Shown here in pieces: positions 28,870 to 38,793 of a DNA stretch of 64,000 bases. A program made the translations under genes and the position numbers. The number at the start of each line of letters is the position of its first letter. The stretch's first letter is position 1. Location of the stretch: assembly GCA_043803385.1 (NCBI GenBank), contig JAZDKA010000034.1, positions 10,561 through 74,560 of the forward strand, written 5' to 3'. The DNA comes from Patescibacteria group bacterium. GTDB lineage: Bacteria > Patescibacteriota > Minisyncoccia > Moranbacterales > JAKLHP01. Under the pieces are notes generated by a model, which was given only the letters and a program-made list of their open reading frames with translations, had not been told where the DNA came from and did no database searches.

Positions 28870-29349
28870 ATGAATTGCCCTTTTTGCAATAACAGTGAAA
28901 CAAAAGTAGTTGATTCCCGCGACACCAATGACGGGAAAGCAATCAGAAGAAGAAGAGAATGTGAAAAATGCCAGGCTCGCTTCAGCACGTATGAAGAGGT
29001 TGAAATTATGCGGCTGGCGGTTATCAAAAAAGATGGAAGTAAGGAAGAATATGACCGGAGAAAAATTGAATCGGGAATTCAAAAAGCATTGGAAAAAAGG
29101 CCGGTAAGCGAAGAAAAGATAAAGAAAATTATCGGAGATATTGAATATGAAATCCAGTCGCGAGAAACCGCCTGCAATGTTCCTAAAGGCGATGGGAATT
29201 GCGAAATAACCAGTAAAGAAATAGGAAGAATTGTTCTGGAAAAACTTAAAGAAATAGATGATGTTGCTTATCTTAGATTTGCCAGTGTGTATAAATCATT
29301 CGGTAGCGCGGAAAGTTTCAAAAAAGAAGCTGATAAAATTACACAGTAA
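28870..29349 (+). CDS. nrdR: transcriptional repressor NrdR
   Basis: MNCPFC...VVDSR...IRRRRECEKC, ATP cone, VAYLRFASVY. Confidence 0.97.
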   Translation: MNCPFCNNSETKVVDSRDTNDGKAIRRRRECEKCQARFSTYEEVEIMRLAVIKKDGSKEEYDRRKIESGIQKALEKRPVSEEKIKKIIGDIEYEIQSRETACNVPKGDGNCEITSKEIGRIVLEKLKEIDDVAYLRFASVYKSFGSAESFKKEADKITQ

Positions 29350-29525
29350 TACTAGGTTATCCCAGCACCAATTCCGAGTAAGTCTGGTGATAATAAATGT
29401 ATGTTTGTCTCTCGGAAACGCCTTACTCGAGGCGAGTACGGCTTAACTAGCTTAATATATAAGTTTTAATTCTGAATTGGTGCGGGATGCTCATTTTTGT
29501 AGTCCCGCCCAAGGCGGGAACAAAA

Positions 29526-31727
29526 ATGGCAAATACAAAAATGAAGAAGAAAAAGAAAGTAGCCAGAAAGACTACAAAGAAAGTAAAAAAAGTAAAAAAA
29601 TCTGTTGGCTTTAAGAATCAAATCCACAAAGTAGTGAAGCGCAGCGGCAGAGTGGTTTCTTTTGATCCAAAAAAGATAACAGTTGCCGTTTCCAAAGCTT
29701 TTGCCGCCACCGGAGAAGGGAATTTTAAAGATGCCCAAAAAGTGGCCGACAAAGTAACCCAGCTTCTCAATAAAAATTACAAAAAAGGATATATTCCTGA
29801 AATTGAAGAAATCCAGGATTTAGTAGAAAGAGTTTTGATGATCCTTGATTATGATGAGACAGCCAAGTCGTATATTTTATATCGAAGCCAGCATGAAAAA
29901 ATTCGTGAAACTGAAAAAACCCTTGATGAAGCGGTAAATTTGGTCGACAGCTATATTCAGGAAATGGACTGGAAGGTGAAAGAAAATGCCAATATGTCGT
30001 ATTCTCTTCAGGGTCTTAATAATTACGTGGCTTCCATAGTTAGCTCGAAGTATTGGATGGGAAGGGTTTATCCGGAAGAAGTCAGGAATGCCCACAAAGG
30101 AGGAGATTTTCATATCCACGACCTTCAGCTTATCGCCGCCTATTGCTGCGGATGGGATCTCCAGGATCTTTTGCGCCGGGGTTTTACTGGAGTTTCCGGA
30201 AAGGTTTCTTGCAAGCCCGCCAAACATTTCGGTTCAGCCTTGGGTCAGATGGTTAATTTTATCTATACTCTCCAAGGAGAAGTAGCCGGAGCCCAGGCAT
30301 TTTCCAATTTTGATACGCTGCTGGCTCCATTTGTCCGCTATGATAATTTGAGCTACGAACAAGTAAAACAAAATATCCAGTCGTTCGTTTTCAATATGAA
30401 TGTGGCAACCAGGGTTGGTTTTCAGACGCCATTTTCCAATATAACGATGGACATTACCGCTCCGAAAACTTTAGCCAAAGAAGCGGCAATAATCGGAGGG
30501 GAGCCGCAAGAAGAAACTTATGGAGATTTTCAGGAAGAGATGGATATGATTAACAAAGCTTTCGCGGAAGTAATGATCGAAGGCGATTCAACCGGAAGAA
30601 TTTTCACTTTTCCCATCCCGACTTATAATATCGGAAAGAATTTTGATTGGAAAAATGAAAATTTCAATCCAATTTGGGAAATGACAGCCAAATACGGCAT
30701 TCCCTATTTCGCTAACTTCATAAATTCCGATATGGATCCGGAAGATGCAAGGAGCATGTGTTGCCGGCTGCGTCTTGATAATCGCGAGCTTTACAAAAGA
30801 GGAGGAGGACTTTTTGGCGCCAATCCTCAAACGGGATCTATTGGCGTTGTGACAATCAATATGCCAAGATTAGGGCATATATCTAAAAATAAAAAAGAAT
30901 TTTACAAAAATCTGGACCATCTTATGGATCTCGCCAAAGAAAGCCTGGAAATTAAGAGAAAAATAATAGAAAATCTCACCGATAAAGGACTATATCCCTA
31001 CACAAAGTTTTATCTCGATTCAATCAAAAAACGCAGAGGGCAATACTGGGCCAACCATTTTTCAACTATCGGGCTGGTTGGAATGAATGAAGCGCTTCTT
31101 AATCTTATTGGGAAAAATATAGCTGCCAAAGAAGGGCAGAAGCTAGCTGAAGAAATTCTTACCCATATGAGAGATAGAATCATTGGCTATCAAAAAGAAA
31201 CAGGAGATCTTTTTAATCTTGAGGCTACTCCGGCCGAGGGAACATCATACCGATTGGCAAGGATCGATCGCGAAAAATATCCGGATATGATTTTTGCCAA
31301 CAATGAAGCGGTAAAAAGCAAAAAAGCCGAACCGTATTACACTAATTCTTCCCAGCTTCCCGTTAACCACACTGATGATATTTTTGAAGCTTTGGAACTT
31401 CAGGACAAGCTTCAAACAAAATATACCGGCGGGACAGTCCTTCACGGATTTTTGGGAGAAAGGATAAATGACATTGAAACCACGAAAAAACTAGTCAGAA
31501 AGATCGCAGAAAATTATGCGCTTCCGTATTTTACTATCACCCCGACATTCAGCGTTTGCCCGGTTCACGGATATCTTGCCGGAGAACACTATACTTGCCC
31601 CAAATGCGTTATTGAACAGAAAACGGAAGTATATTCCAGAGTCGTCGGATATATTCGGCCGGTCCAGCAATGGCATGAAGGAAAACAAGCAGAATTTGCA
31701 GACAGGAAAGAGTTTATCGTTAAATAA
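29526..31727 (+). CDS. nrdD: anaerobic (class III) ribonucleoside-triphosphate reductase with ATP cone
   Basis: VVKRSG ATP cone, HIHDL, SMCCRL, C-terminal YSRVVGYIRPV glycyl-radical motif; Lys-rich N-terminal extension. Confidence 0.95.
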   Translation: MANTKMKKKKKVARKTTKKVKKVKKSVGFKNQIHKVVKRSGRVVSFDPKKITVAVSKAFAATGEGNFKDAQKVADKVTQLLNKNYKKGYIPEIEEIQDLVERVLMILDYDETAKSYILYRSQHEKIRETEKTLDEAVNLVDSYIQEMDWKVKENANMSYSLQGLNNYVASIVSSKYWMGRVYPEEVRNAHKGGDFHIHDLQLIAAYCCGWDLQDLLRRGFTGVSGKVSCKPAKHFGSALGQMVNFIYTLQGEVAGAQAFSNFDTLLAPFVRYDNLSYEQVKQNIQSFVFNMNVATRVGFQTPFSNITMDITAPKTLAKEAAIIGGEPQEETYGDFQEEMDMINKAFAEVMIEGDSTGRIFTFPIPTYNIGKNFDWKNENFNPIWEMTAKYGIPYFANFINSDMDPEDARSMCCRLRLDNRELYKRGGGLFGANPQTGSIGVVTINMPRLGHISKNKKEFYKNLDHLMDLAKESLEIKRKIIENLTDKGLYPYTKFYLDSIKKRRGQYWANHFSTIGLVGMNEALLNLIGKNIAAKEGQKLAEEILTHMRDRIIGYQKETGDLFNLEATPAEGTSYRLARIDREKYPDMIFANNEAVKSKKAEPYYTNSSQLPVNHTDDIFEALELQDKLQTKYTGGTVLHGFLGERINDIETTKKLVRKIAENYALPYFTITPTFSVCPVHGYLAGEHYTCPKCVIEQKTEVYSRVVGYIRPVQQWHEGKQAEFADRKEFIVK

Positions 31728-31840
31728 ATTTCTAATTATTCTAATTGACCTAATTAACCTAAAAAAATTCCAATGAATTAATTTCTAAATTTGGGATTTG
31801 GGATTTGATTAGAAATTAGAAATTAGAAATTAGAAATTTC

Positions 31841-32536
31841 GTGATACTTGGCGGTTATCAAAAGTTGACCCTTATTGATTATCCCGGAAAATTGGCAACC
31901 ACTGTTTTTACCGTCGGTTGCTCTTTTCGCTGCCCATTTTGCCATAATCCGGAATTAGTTCACAGTTCACAGTTCACAGTTCACAGTAATTTGGAAAAAG
32001 AGTTCTTTAAGTTTTTAAGTAAGAGAAAAGAAAAGCTGGAAGGGGTTTGTATTACTGGAGGTGAACCTACTATTCAGCCCGATTTAGTGGGTTTTATTAA
32101 TAAAATAAAGAAGATGGGATTTCTGGTAAAATTGGATTCTAACGGAAGCCGGCCGGATGTCCTTAAAAAAATTATTGGCGGAAAAATGGTGGATTTTATC
32201 GCCATGGACATCAAAAATTCTCCGGAGCGCTATAGCGAAACTAACGGGGTAAAAACCGACATTGAAAGAATAAAATTGAGCGTAAATATGATAATGAATA
32301 GCAGTATTCCATATGAATTTAGAACGACAGTTGTTCCTGGAATTCACACAGAAAAGGATTTTGACCAAATTGCCAAATGGATAAAAGGGGCAAAAGCATA
32401 TTATCTTCAGGAGTATCGGGAAATTAAAATCCTAGATCCGAAACTCAAAAAGAAGACTAAGAATAAAAAAATAAATTTGGAAAAAATAAAAAAGAAAATA
32501 GAGAAAAATTTTAAGTTTATGGGAATCAGAGAATAA
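31841..32536 (+). CDS. nrdG: anaerobic ribonucleotide reductase activating enzyme (radical SAM)
   Basis: CSFRCPFCHN, GVCITGGEPT; follows nrdD. Confidence 0.93.
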   Translation: MILGGYQKLTLIDYPGKLATTVFTVGCSFRCPFCHNPELVHSSQFTVHSNLEKEFFKFLSKRKEKLEGVCITGGEPTIQPDLVGFINKIKKMGFLVKLDSNGSRPDVLKKIIGGKMVDFIAMDIKNSPERYSETNGVKTDIERIKLSVNMIMNSSIPYEFRTTVVPGIHTEKDFDQIAKWIKGAKAYYLQEYREIKILDPKLKKKTKNKKINLEKIKKKIEKNFKFMGIRE

Positions 32537-32577
32537 ATCGAATCAGTCAATTATTATAGGATAATAGTAAAAATAAA

Positions 32578-32799
32578 ATGGCAAGAATATATGTCAAAGT
32601 GATTCCAGAATCATCGCATAATAAAATAGAAAAAATTTCCGAGGAAGAATATAAAATTTGGCTAACCGCTCCGCCGGTTGACAATAAAGCCAATAGGATG
32701 CTAATACAAGTATTATCGGAGTATCTTAATATTCCGAAAAGTTCCTTGGCAATAATTGGCGGAAAAACCGCCAAAGTAAAAATAATCGAAATCTTGTAA
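32578..32799 (+). CDS. DUF167 (YggU-like) protein
   Basis: VKVIP...APPVDNKAN...IIGG.TAK.K. Confidence 0.85.
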   Translation: MARIYVKVIPESSHNKIEKISEEEYKIWLTAPPVDNKANRMLIQVLSEYLNIPKSSLAIIGGKTAKVKIIEIL

Positions 32800-32812
32800 G
32801 GAGGAGGTTTTT

Positions 32813-33277
32813 ATGGACAGTGAAGATAAGCTGAAAGTTGTGGATGAGAGAGCGGTTGCAGGTAAGTTCGGAAGATTTCAACTAAATAGTGTATCATACT
32901 ACCCCGTAAAGAAGGTTATAAACAGGATAATGCTAAATGTTTACGGAGTGGATTTAAAGGAGGGGCTGTATTCCTCGGAAAAATATAACCGAGAAGAAAA
33001 AGAGGGATGTCGGCATATTGATGTCAGTGTACCGATGAGTCATTGTGCTGTTGAAGGTGAATTTATTCTTCTGATTCCGCAAGATGAACCGGCATGTGGA
33101 CTTTTGGACATCAGAATGATTAAACATCGCCGGGCAGACGTAAACTTGTCTATTGTTTCTCCCTCGGCATTGATGCCACATTTATTGCATGTAGTGCGAG
33201 GCGCTGCGTGTGCGGAGAGGTCATTGTTTGTTGTCGTGGACCAGGACGGTTCGACATGGACATTGCATTGCAAATGA
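32813..33277 (+). CDS. hypothetical protein
   Basis: Strong SD aggaggagg; followed by a terminator-like hairpin at 33303-33333. Confidence 0.6.
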   Translation: MDSEDKLKVVDERAVAGKFGRFQLNSVSYYPVKKVINRIMLNVYGVDLKEGLYSSEKYNREEKEGCRHIDVSVPMSHCAVEGEFILLIPQDEPACGLLDIRMIKHRRADVNLSIVSPSALMPHLLHVVRGAACAERSLFVVVDQDGSTWTLHCK

Positions 33278-33351
33278 AATCATGCTGGCATCGTTTATTT
33301 TCAAAGGGGTTTGCACAATGCGGCCCCTTTTTTATTTGCTATAATATATTC

Positions 33352-34839
33352 ATGGCAAAGTCGCGGATTTTTTTGATTTTATCTTTAAGTTTCATCGCGG
33401 GAATTTTTTGGCGTTCGTTTTCGGAAAATTATCAAGCTTTTATTATTTATCTTCTTTTGATTTTAGCAATCATATTACTTGCGATTTTTTACAGAAATAA
33501 ATATGCGTTGGTGGTTTCCGGCGCTGTTTTCATTTTTGTTTTTGGCGCGTGGATAACGGAAAATAAATTAGAAAATCTAAAAAACCTTAATTTAGACAGG
33601 AAAGATTTTTCAGGAAAAGTAATAGTAGCCAAAGAGCCGATAGCGAAAGATAAATATCAAAACGTTATCGTTAAAACTTCTGATAATCTCAAAATTTTGC
33701 TCAATGCCAATCTTTATAGAAATTTCAATTATGGCGATGAATTGGATTTGAAATGCATTTTGAAAATTCCGGAAAACAAGGAAGGGGAATTTGATTACAG
33801 AATGTACCTGGCCAAAGACGGAATCTTTTATCTTTGCCAAGGCGCTTCTTTCGAAAAAACCGGAGAAAATAAAGGAAACAAAATTTATAAGGCAATCCTG
33901 AACTTTAAAAATAAATTATCAGATAATATAAACTTGGTAATTCCCGAACCGGAAGCGGCATTGGCCAATGGGTTAATTTTTGGCGGGAATAGCCTGCTTT
34001 CAAAAAATGTGGCTGACAACTTTTCCAAAACCGGGCTCTCCCACATTATCGCCGTTTCCGGTTTCAACGTGACAATTATTGCCGAATACTTGATGCTTTT
34101 TGGAATTTGGGTTGGGCTTTGGAGAAAACAGGCTTTCTGGTTTTCAATTGTCGGGATATTTTTATTTGTTATCGCAGTTGGCTTTCCCTCTTCGGCAATT
34201 CGCGCCGGGGTAATGGGTTCGCTTCTCCTTTGGGCGATGAAGAATGGAAGACTGGCGAATTCTTTCAACGCGATTATTTTTGCGGCGGGAGTCATGCTTT
34301 TTCTTAATCCATTACTTTTACGATGGGATATCGGTTTACAGCTTTCTTTTTTGGCGGCTTTGGGAATTATTGAACTTTCTCCATTTTGGGAAAATTATTT
34401 AATCAGAAAAAATAAAATAGTAGGCGAGATACAGGAAACAATTTTCCTTACCATTAGCGCGACTATTTTTGTTTTGCCGATAATTCTTTATAACTTCAAT
34501 ATGCTTTCAATTATTTCAGTGCTTGCCAACGCTCTTATTCTTTCAATTATTCCGCTGGCTATGCTGCTTGTTTTTTTGACAGCCTTGGCCGGCTTGATCT
34601 GGGCTCCAATTTCACTGCCTTTCGCCTGGGTTACATTTTTGCCCCTGAAATATATAGTTGAAACGGTAAATTATCTGGCAGGATTAAGCTGGGCAAGTAG
34701 AACAGTGGAAAATTTTAATGCCGGATATTTGATAGTTTGGTATATAATATTATTTGCCGGAGTATATTTGATTAAATTCAAAATGCAAAAATCTCCGCCC
34801 AAGGCGGATCAGCCTATGGCTGAAAAATTTAGCCTTTAA
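33352..34839 (+). CDS. comEC: ComEC/Rec2 competence protein, membrane (OB plus competence) part
   Basis: GLSHIIAVSGFN, SAIRAGVM, LQLSFLA; start trimmed to ATG at 33352. Confidence 0.92.
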   Translation: MAKSRIFLILSLSFIAGIFWRSFSENYQAFIIYLLLILAIILLAIFYRNKYALVVSGAVFIFVFGAWITENKLENLKNLNLDRKDFSGKVIVAKEPIAKDKYQNVIVKTSDNLKILLNANLYRNFNYGDELDLKCILKIPENKEGEFDYRMYLAKDGIFYLCQGASFEKTGENKGNKIYKAILNFKNKLSDNINLVIPEPEAALANGLIFGGNSLLSKNVADNFSKTGLSHIIAVSGFNVTIIAEYLMLFGIWVGLWRKQAFWFSIVGIFLFVIAVGFPSSAIRAGVMGSLLLWAMKNGRLANSFNAIIFAAGVMLFLNPLLLRWDIGLQLSFLAALGIIELSPFWENYLIRKNKIVGEIQETIFLTISATIFVLPIILYNFNMLSIISVLANALILSIIPLAMLLVFLTALAGLIWAPISLPFAWVTFLPLKYIVETVNYLAGLSWASRTVENFNAGYLIVWYIILFAGVYLIKFKMQKSPPKADQPMAEKFSL

Positions 34840-34851
34840 AATTTGCCTATT

Positions 34852-35712
34852 ATGTTTTATCGCAAGCTAAAATACGGAATAATATTATTTTTGCTGGCTC
34901 TCTGCCTGGTTTTAGCCGGTATTATTTATTTTTCTGAAAAAAACGATAATTTAAAAGTTATCTTTCTTGATATTGGGCAGGGAGACGCGATTCTTGTTTC
35001 GAAAGGATCATATCAGATGCTAATTGACGGAGGGCAGAACGGAAAATTGCTCTTGGAAAAACTGGGCAAATACATCCCTTTCTGGGACAGAAAAATAGAA
35101 GTGATGGTCGCTACCCATCCCGACCAGGATCATATCGCGGGTCTTGTTGGTGTTTTGGAAAAATATAAAGTCGAATCAATAATAAAAACGCAAGACAAAG
35201 GAAGCTCTCAAACATACAAAAAATTTGAAGAAGATATAACTGATGAAAAGGCCAATAATATCGATGCAATGAAGAACACTATTATTGATTTTTCTGATGG
35301 GGCACTGGCTAGAGTCTTGTACCCTTTTTCCGAAACCGGAGACGTAAGCGACAATGGATCCAATAGCGAAAGCGTAGTGATAAAAATCAACTATGGAGAA
35401 AATAGTTTTCTTTTGGCAGGGGATTTACCGAAAGACAAAGAGTTGGCGCTTATTAATTCCGGAGAAGATATTAGTTCAAAATTTCTTAAAGTTTCCCACC
35501 ATGGCTCGAAATATTCTACTGGAATGGATTTTCTGGAAAAAGTAAATCCAATAGACGCGATTATTTCCGTCGGGAAAAATAATTCCTATGGCCATCCGAA
35601 TGCGGAAATTCTGGATAGGCTGAAAGAAAAGATATCCAATATCCTAAGAACAGACGAAAAAGGCGATATTGTTTATGAATGCAGAAAGGATCTTGTTTGC
35701 AGAGCGAATTAA
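34852..35712 (+). CDS. ComEC-type metallo-beta-lactamase-fold nuclease domain, separate ORF
   Basis: FLDIGQGDA, THPDQDHIAG, KVSHHGS, NSYGHP, RTD. Confidence 0.9.
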   Translation: MFYRKLKYGIILFLLALCLVLAGIIYFSEKNDNLKVIFLDIGQGDAILVSKGSYQMLIDGGQNGKLLLEKLGKYIPFWDRKIEVMVATHPDQDHIAGLVGVLEKYKVESIIKTQDKGSSQTYKKFEEDITDEKANNIDAMKNTIIDFSDGALARVLYPFSETGDVSDNGSNSESVVIKINYGENSFLLAGDLPKDKELALINSGEDISSKFLKVSHHGSKYSTGMDFLEKVNPIDAIISVGKNNSYGHPNAEILDRLKEKISNILRTDEKGDIVYECRKDLVCRAN

Positions 35713-35785
35713 AGTTTGCGCTAATTCGACATAAATAGTAAAATAAAGCATACAAAAATAAAAATAGAAAGGAAGGTGATTATTG

Positions 35786-36247
35786 ATGAATAGCTACAAT
35801 TACGATTATTCGGCTCCAACGTCAGCAGCTGTCGGAGGAGGGATGATGGCAATATTCGGAGCAATGCTGCTCATTTGGCTCCTGGTAATGGCTGCAATTT
35901 ATATTTACTTTGCAATTTGTCTTATGAAAATTGCTAAGAAAACTAATACTCCCAATGCCTGGTTTGCTTGGATTCCGATTCTTAATTTGATTCTGATGAT
36001 CCAAGTCGCAAAAAAACCAATGTGGTGGATTATTATGTTTTTTATTCCATTTGTGAATATAATTTTCTCAATTTTGATTTGGATGGGAGTGGCTGAAGCT
36101 GTGGGAAAACCGAGCTGGGTGGGAGTTTTGATGATTGTGCCTATTGCCAATGTTATTGTTCCTGGATATTTAGCTTTTTCAAAAATGGATAGCGGAACTC
36201 CCAATGTTATGGCTCCGCCAGTTCCGCCAATTCAGCCAGTGGTATAA
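35786..36247 (+). CDS. DUF5684-like membrane protein
   Basis: IAKK...AWFAWIPILN...WWIIMFFIPFVN pattern. Confidence 0.75.
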   Translation: MNSYNYDYSAPTSAAVGGGMMAIFGAMLLIWLLVMAAIYIYFAICLMKIAKKTNTPNAWFAWIPILNLILMIQVAKKPMWWIIMFFIPFVNIIFSILIWMGVAEAVGKPSWVGVLMIVPIANVIVPGYLAFSKMDSGTPNVMAPPVPPIQPVV

Positions 36248-36336
36248 TATTTAAAAAATATGTCTGAAAATAAACAGCTTGTCCCTCACCATTTTTTAGG
36301 TAAGGTTAAGTTTATTGTTGAATTTAATTGATAGCT

Positions 36337-36639
36337 ATGGAAAATAATAGCTCGGGGGATAAAAAACTAAAAAATGGTGCGGGATTTAATTCCGAAGACG
36401 CAAGTTCTGTCGGAGAACAGTTAAACATTGATTGGAGTAAATTTGATGTGGAACAATTCAGGATGAGCATGGATGTTGAATTAGAGCATGGAAAACGCAA
36501 TTTAAACACCAATGTCACGGAAGACGATCCTTTGATAACTGGAAAAATTGCACTGGCTCATCTTAATGAATTTCCGGATTATTATACAAGGCTTTCGAAA
36601 ATGGAAAACGAGGCCGAAGAATACTGGAAAAATAAGTAA
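36337..36639 (+). CDS. DUF5661-like small protein
   Basis: MDVELEH...KIALAHLNEFPDYYTRL. Confidence 0.75.
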   Translation: MENNSSGDKKLKNGAGFNSEDASSVGEQLNIDWSKFDVEQFRMSMDVELEHGKRNLNTNVTEDDPLITGKIALAHLNEFPDYYTRLSKMENEAEEYWKNK

Positions 36640-36667
36640 AAAATAATTCAATAAAATTTAATATCCC

Positions 36668-36763
36668 ATGAAAAAACAGGATACTCTGTTTAAAGTTGCC
36701 ATTGGAATAATGGCGACGATATTTCTTATTTTGGCTGCAGGCGCGGTGCTGTCGTTTATTTAA
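36668..36763 (+). CDS. putative 31-aa single-TM small protein (below the ORF-track cutoff)
   Basis: MKKQDTLFKVAIGIMATIFLILAAGAVLSFI*. Confidence 0.45.
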   Translation: MKKQDTLFKVAIGIMATIFLILAAGAVLSFI

Positions 36764-36861
36764 TAGAAATACATTGCATTTTTTTGATAAATTGCTACAA
36801 TAATGAAGAATCCCGAGGGAGGAGTTTTTTGTTTAATTTATTAACATAATATAATAGAAAA

Positions 36862-37941
36862 ATGAAATACGAAAAAGAATTTCCGATTTTCAAAACGAAA
36901 GTCGAAGGAGCAACAAAAAAATTAGATCTGTCTGATCCGGAGCAAAGGAAAGAATATTTTGAACTTAAAGCTGGGAAGGAAATCGCGAAACTGAAAAAAT
37001 ATCTTAATGAAGGAAAAACTTTCATAGTTTATCTTCTTGGGAAGAAAAATGCCGGAAAAGGGACTTATACCAAGCTGATGATGGAAATTTTCGGCAAAGA
37101 CAAAATCGGCCATATTTCAGTGGGAGATGTGGTGCGGGATGTGCATGCTTGCATGGAAGATGAAAAAGAAAAAAAAGATTTGCTGGAATATCTCCACAAA
37201 AATTACCGGGGATATATTTCTCCGGAACAAGGAATAGAAACTCTTCTGGGAAGGGACCAAAAAACTCTTCTTCCCGATGAATTTATTTTAGCACTGGCGA
37301 AAAGAGAGATTGATAAAATGGGAAAGAAGGCTCTTTTCCTTGACGGATTTCCGAGAAATTTGGATCAAGTTTCTTATTCGCTTTTTTTTAAGGAGCTTAT
37401 AGATTATCGCCAGGATCCTGATATTTTCGTGGCGATTGATATTCCCGAAGCGGTAATTGACGAGCGAATGAGGTGGAGGGTAGTTTGCCCGGACTGCCAT
37501 ACTCCTCGCAACCTCAAACTTTTCGCGACCAAAAAAGTGGGATATGACAAGGAGAAAAAGGAATTTTATTTGATCTGCGATGATCCTAATTGCGCCGAAA
37601 AAAGAATGGTGGCAAAAGTGGGAGATAATTTGGGAATCGAATCAATTCGGGACAGGATAGAGATGGATCAAAAACTTATTGATAAAGTTTTCTCGCTCCA
37701 TGGAATTCCTAAAATACTTTTGCGAAATGCAATGCCAGTTTCAGTTGCTGGCGAATATGCCGATGATTATGAAATTACTCCGGAATATTATTACGGATAT
37801 GACGAAACTTCTGACAGCGTGAATATTTTCACTAAGCCTTTCGCGGTGAAAGATGATGAAGGAGTAGAAGTTTACAGTTTGCTGGCTCCGCCGGTAGCAT
37901 TAGCTTTGATAAAAAATTTAGTGAAAGTTTTGGGGTTGTAG
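36862..37941 (+). CDS. adenylate kinase-like nucleoside monophosphate kinase (long form)
   Basis: P-loop GKKNAGKGT, HISVGD, LDGFPR, LID with CPDC and C-x4-C. Confidence 0.8.
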   Translation: MKYEKEFPIFKTKVEGATKKLDLSDPEQRKEYFELKAGKEIAKLKKYLNEGKTFIVYLLGKKNAGKGTYTKLMMEIFGKDKIGHISVGDVVRDVHACMEDEKEKKDLLEYLHKNYRGYISPEQGIETLLGRDQKTLLPDEFILALAKREIDKMGKKALFLDGFPRNLDQVSYSLFFKELIDYRQDPDIFVAIDIPEAVIDERMRWRVVCPDCHTPRNLKLFATKKVGYDKEKKEFYLICDDPNCAEKRMVAKVGDNLGIESIRDRIEMDQKLIDKVFSLHGIPKILLRNAMPVSVAGEYADDYEITPEYYYGYDETSDSVNIFTKPFAVKDDEGVEVYSLLAPPVALALIKNLVKVLGL

Positions 37942-38061
37942 ATTAGTTCGTAAAGTTTATAAAGTTCGTAAAGTTTTAAAGTTTATAAAATTTTTTATTG
38001 AAAGAGGCTTTCCAGTCTCTTTTAATTTGTATTTAATTGTGATAGTTTAATTTATATTATG

Positions 38062-38132
38062 CGGGACGTAGTATAATGGTAGTACGCGAGGCTGGGGGTC
38101 TTGTAGCGGGAGTTCGATTCTCCCCGTCCCGA
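38062..38132 (+). tRNA. tRNA-Pro(GGG)
   Basis: Acceptor cgggacg/cgtcccg, anticodon loop ctggggg, T loop gttcgatt; no encoded CCA. Confidence 0.92.
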
Positions 38133-38150
38133 CTAGATTAAAGTAAAACA

Positions 38151-38176
38151 AAAACCCCGCCAAGGCGGGGTTTTTT
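38151..38176. terminator. bidirectional terminator
   Basis: aaaaccccgcc-aa-ggcggggtttttt between convergent genes. Confidence 0.8.
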
Positions 38177-38190
38177 AAGTTTGGATTAGA

Positions 38191-38415
38191 TTAGAATCGG
38201 TTTCTTCCACCGAAATCTCGTCTTGGTCCTCTGCTCATTCTTCTTTTTTTATTGCATTCGTAGCAATAAATTCTTCCGAAAGTTCCATCTTCTTTTTCAG
38301 TTGGTTGGAATGGAAGCTTGTCGATTTTTGCTCCGCATTCTGCGCAAGTGATATTAAGTTCCGTAACATCGAATAATTGTGCTTGAGGACGATTTCCATC
38401 GTTTTGAAAAGCCAT
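38191..38415 (-). CDS. small zinc-ribbon protein (CxxC-x17-CxxC-like family)
   Basis: CAECG...LPFQP...IYCYEC with an RGG-like tail; SD aggaaggtg. Confidence 0.75.
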   Translation of the reverse strand: MAFQNDGNRPQAQLFDVTELNITCAECGAKIDKLPFQPTEKEDGTFGRIYCYECNKKRRMSRGPRRDFGGRNRF

Positions 38416-38621
38416 TTGAATAGTTCACCTTCCTTTCTAACTTTCCGCCGATGAGGCGGATTAAGATTTATTTTGGTGATCTACTTTGATAGCTTCTCAA
38501 AAACTAATGTTTTATGGTTGAATCCGATCGCTATATTTCACCTGGAAATGATGATAGCATAAATGAAGAAATGAGTCAAGTCTTGAAAAGATACGAAATT
38601 AAGGTATAATTCAAAAGTTAG

Positions 38622-38708
38622 GGAAGAGTGCCTGAGAGGCTGAAAGGGGCTCCGTGCTAAGGAGTTGTCCTCGCAAGGGGACCGTGAGTTCGAATCTCAC
38701 CTCTTCCG
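38622..38708 (+). tRNA. tRNA-Ser(GCT)
   Basis: Acceptor ggaagag/ctcttcc, anticodon loop gtgctaa, long variable arm gtcctcgcaaggggac. Confidence 0.92.
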
Positions 38709-38793
38709 CATCTGAAATTAACAAAAAAGTTATCCACAGGAGAGACTGACTGGTATTTGAATAGTGATATAATATCACTATGGACCAACTAAT

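Noticed and set aside
29526-31727. Intein or intron in nrdD
   Set aside because: The ORF is continuous, of normal length and without intein motifs.
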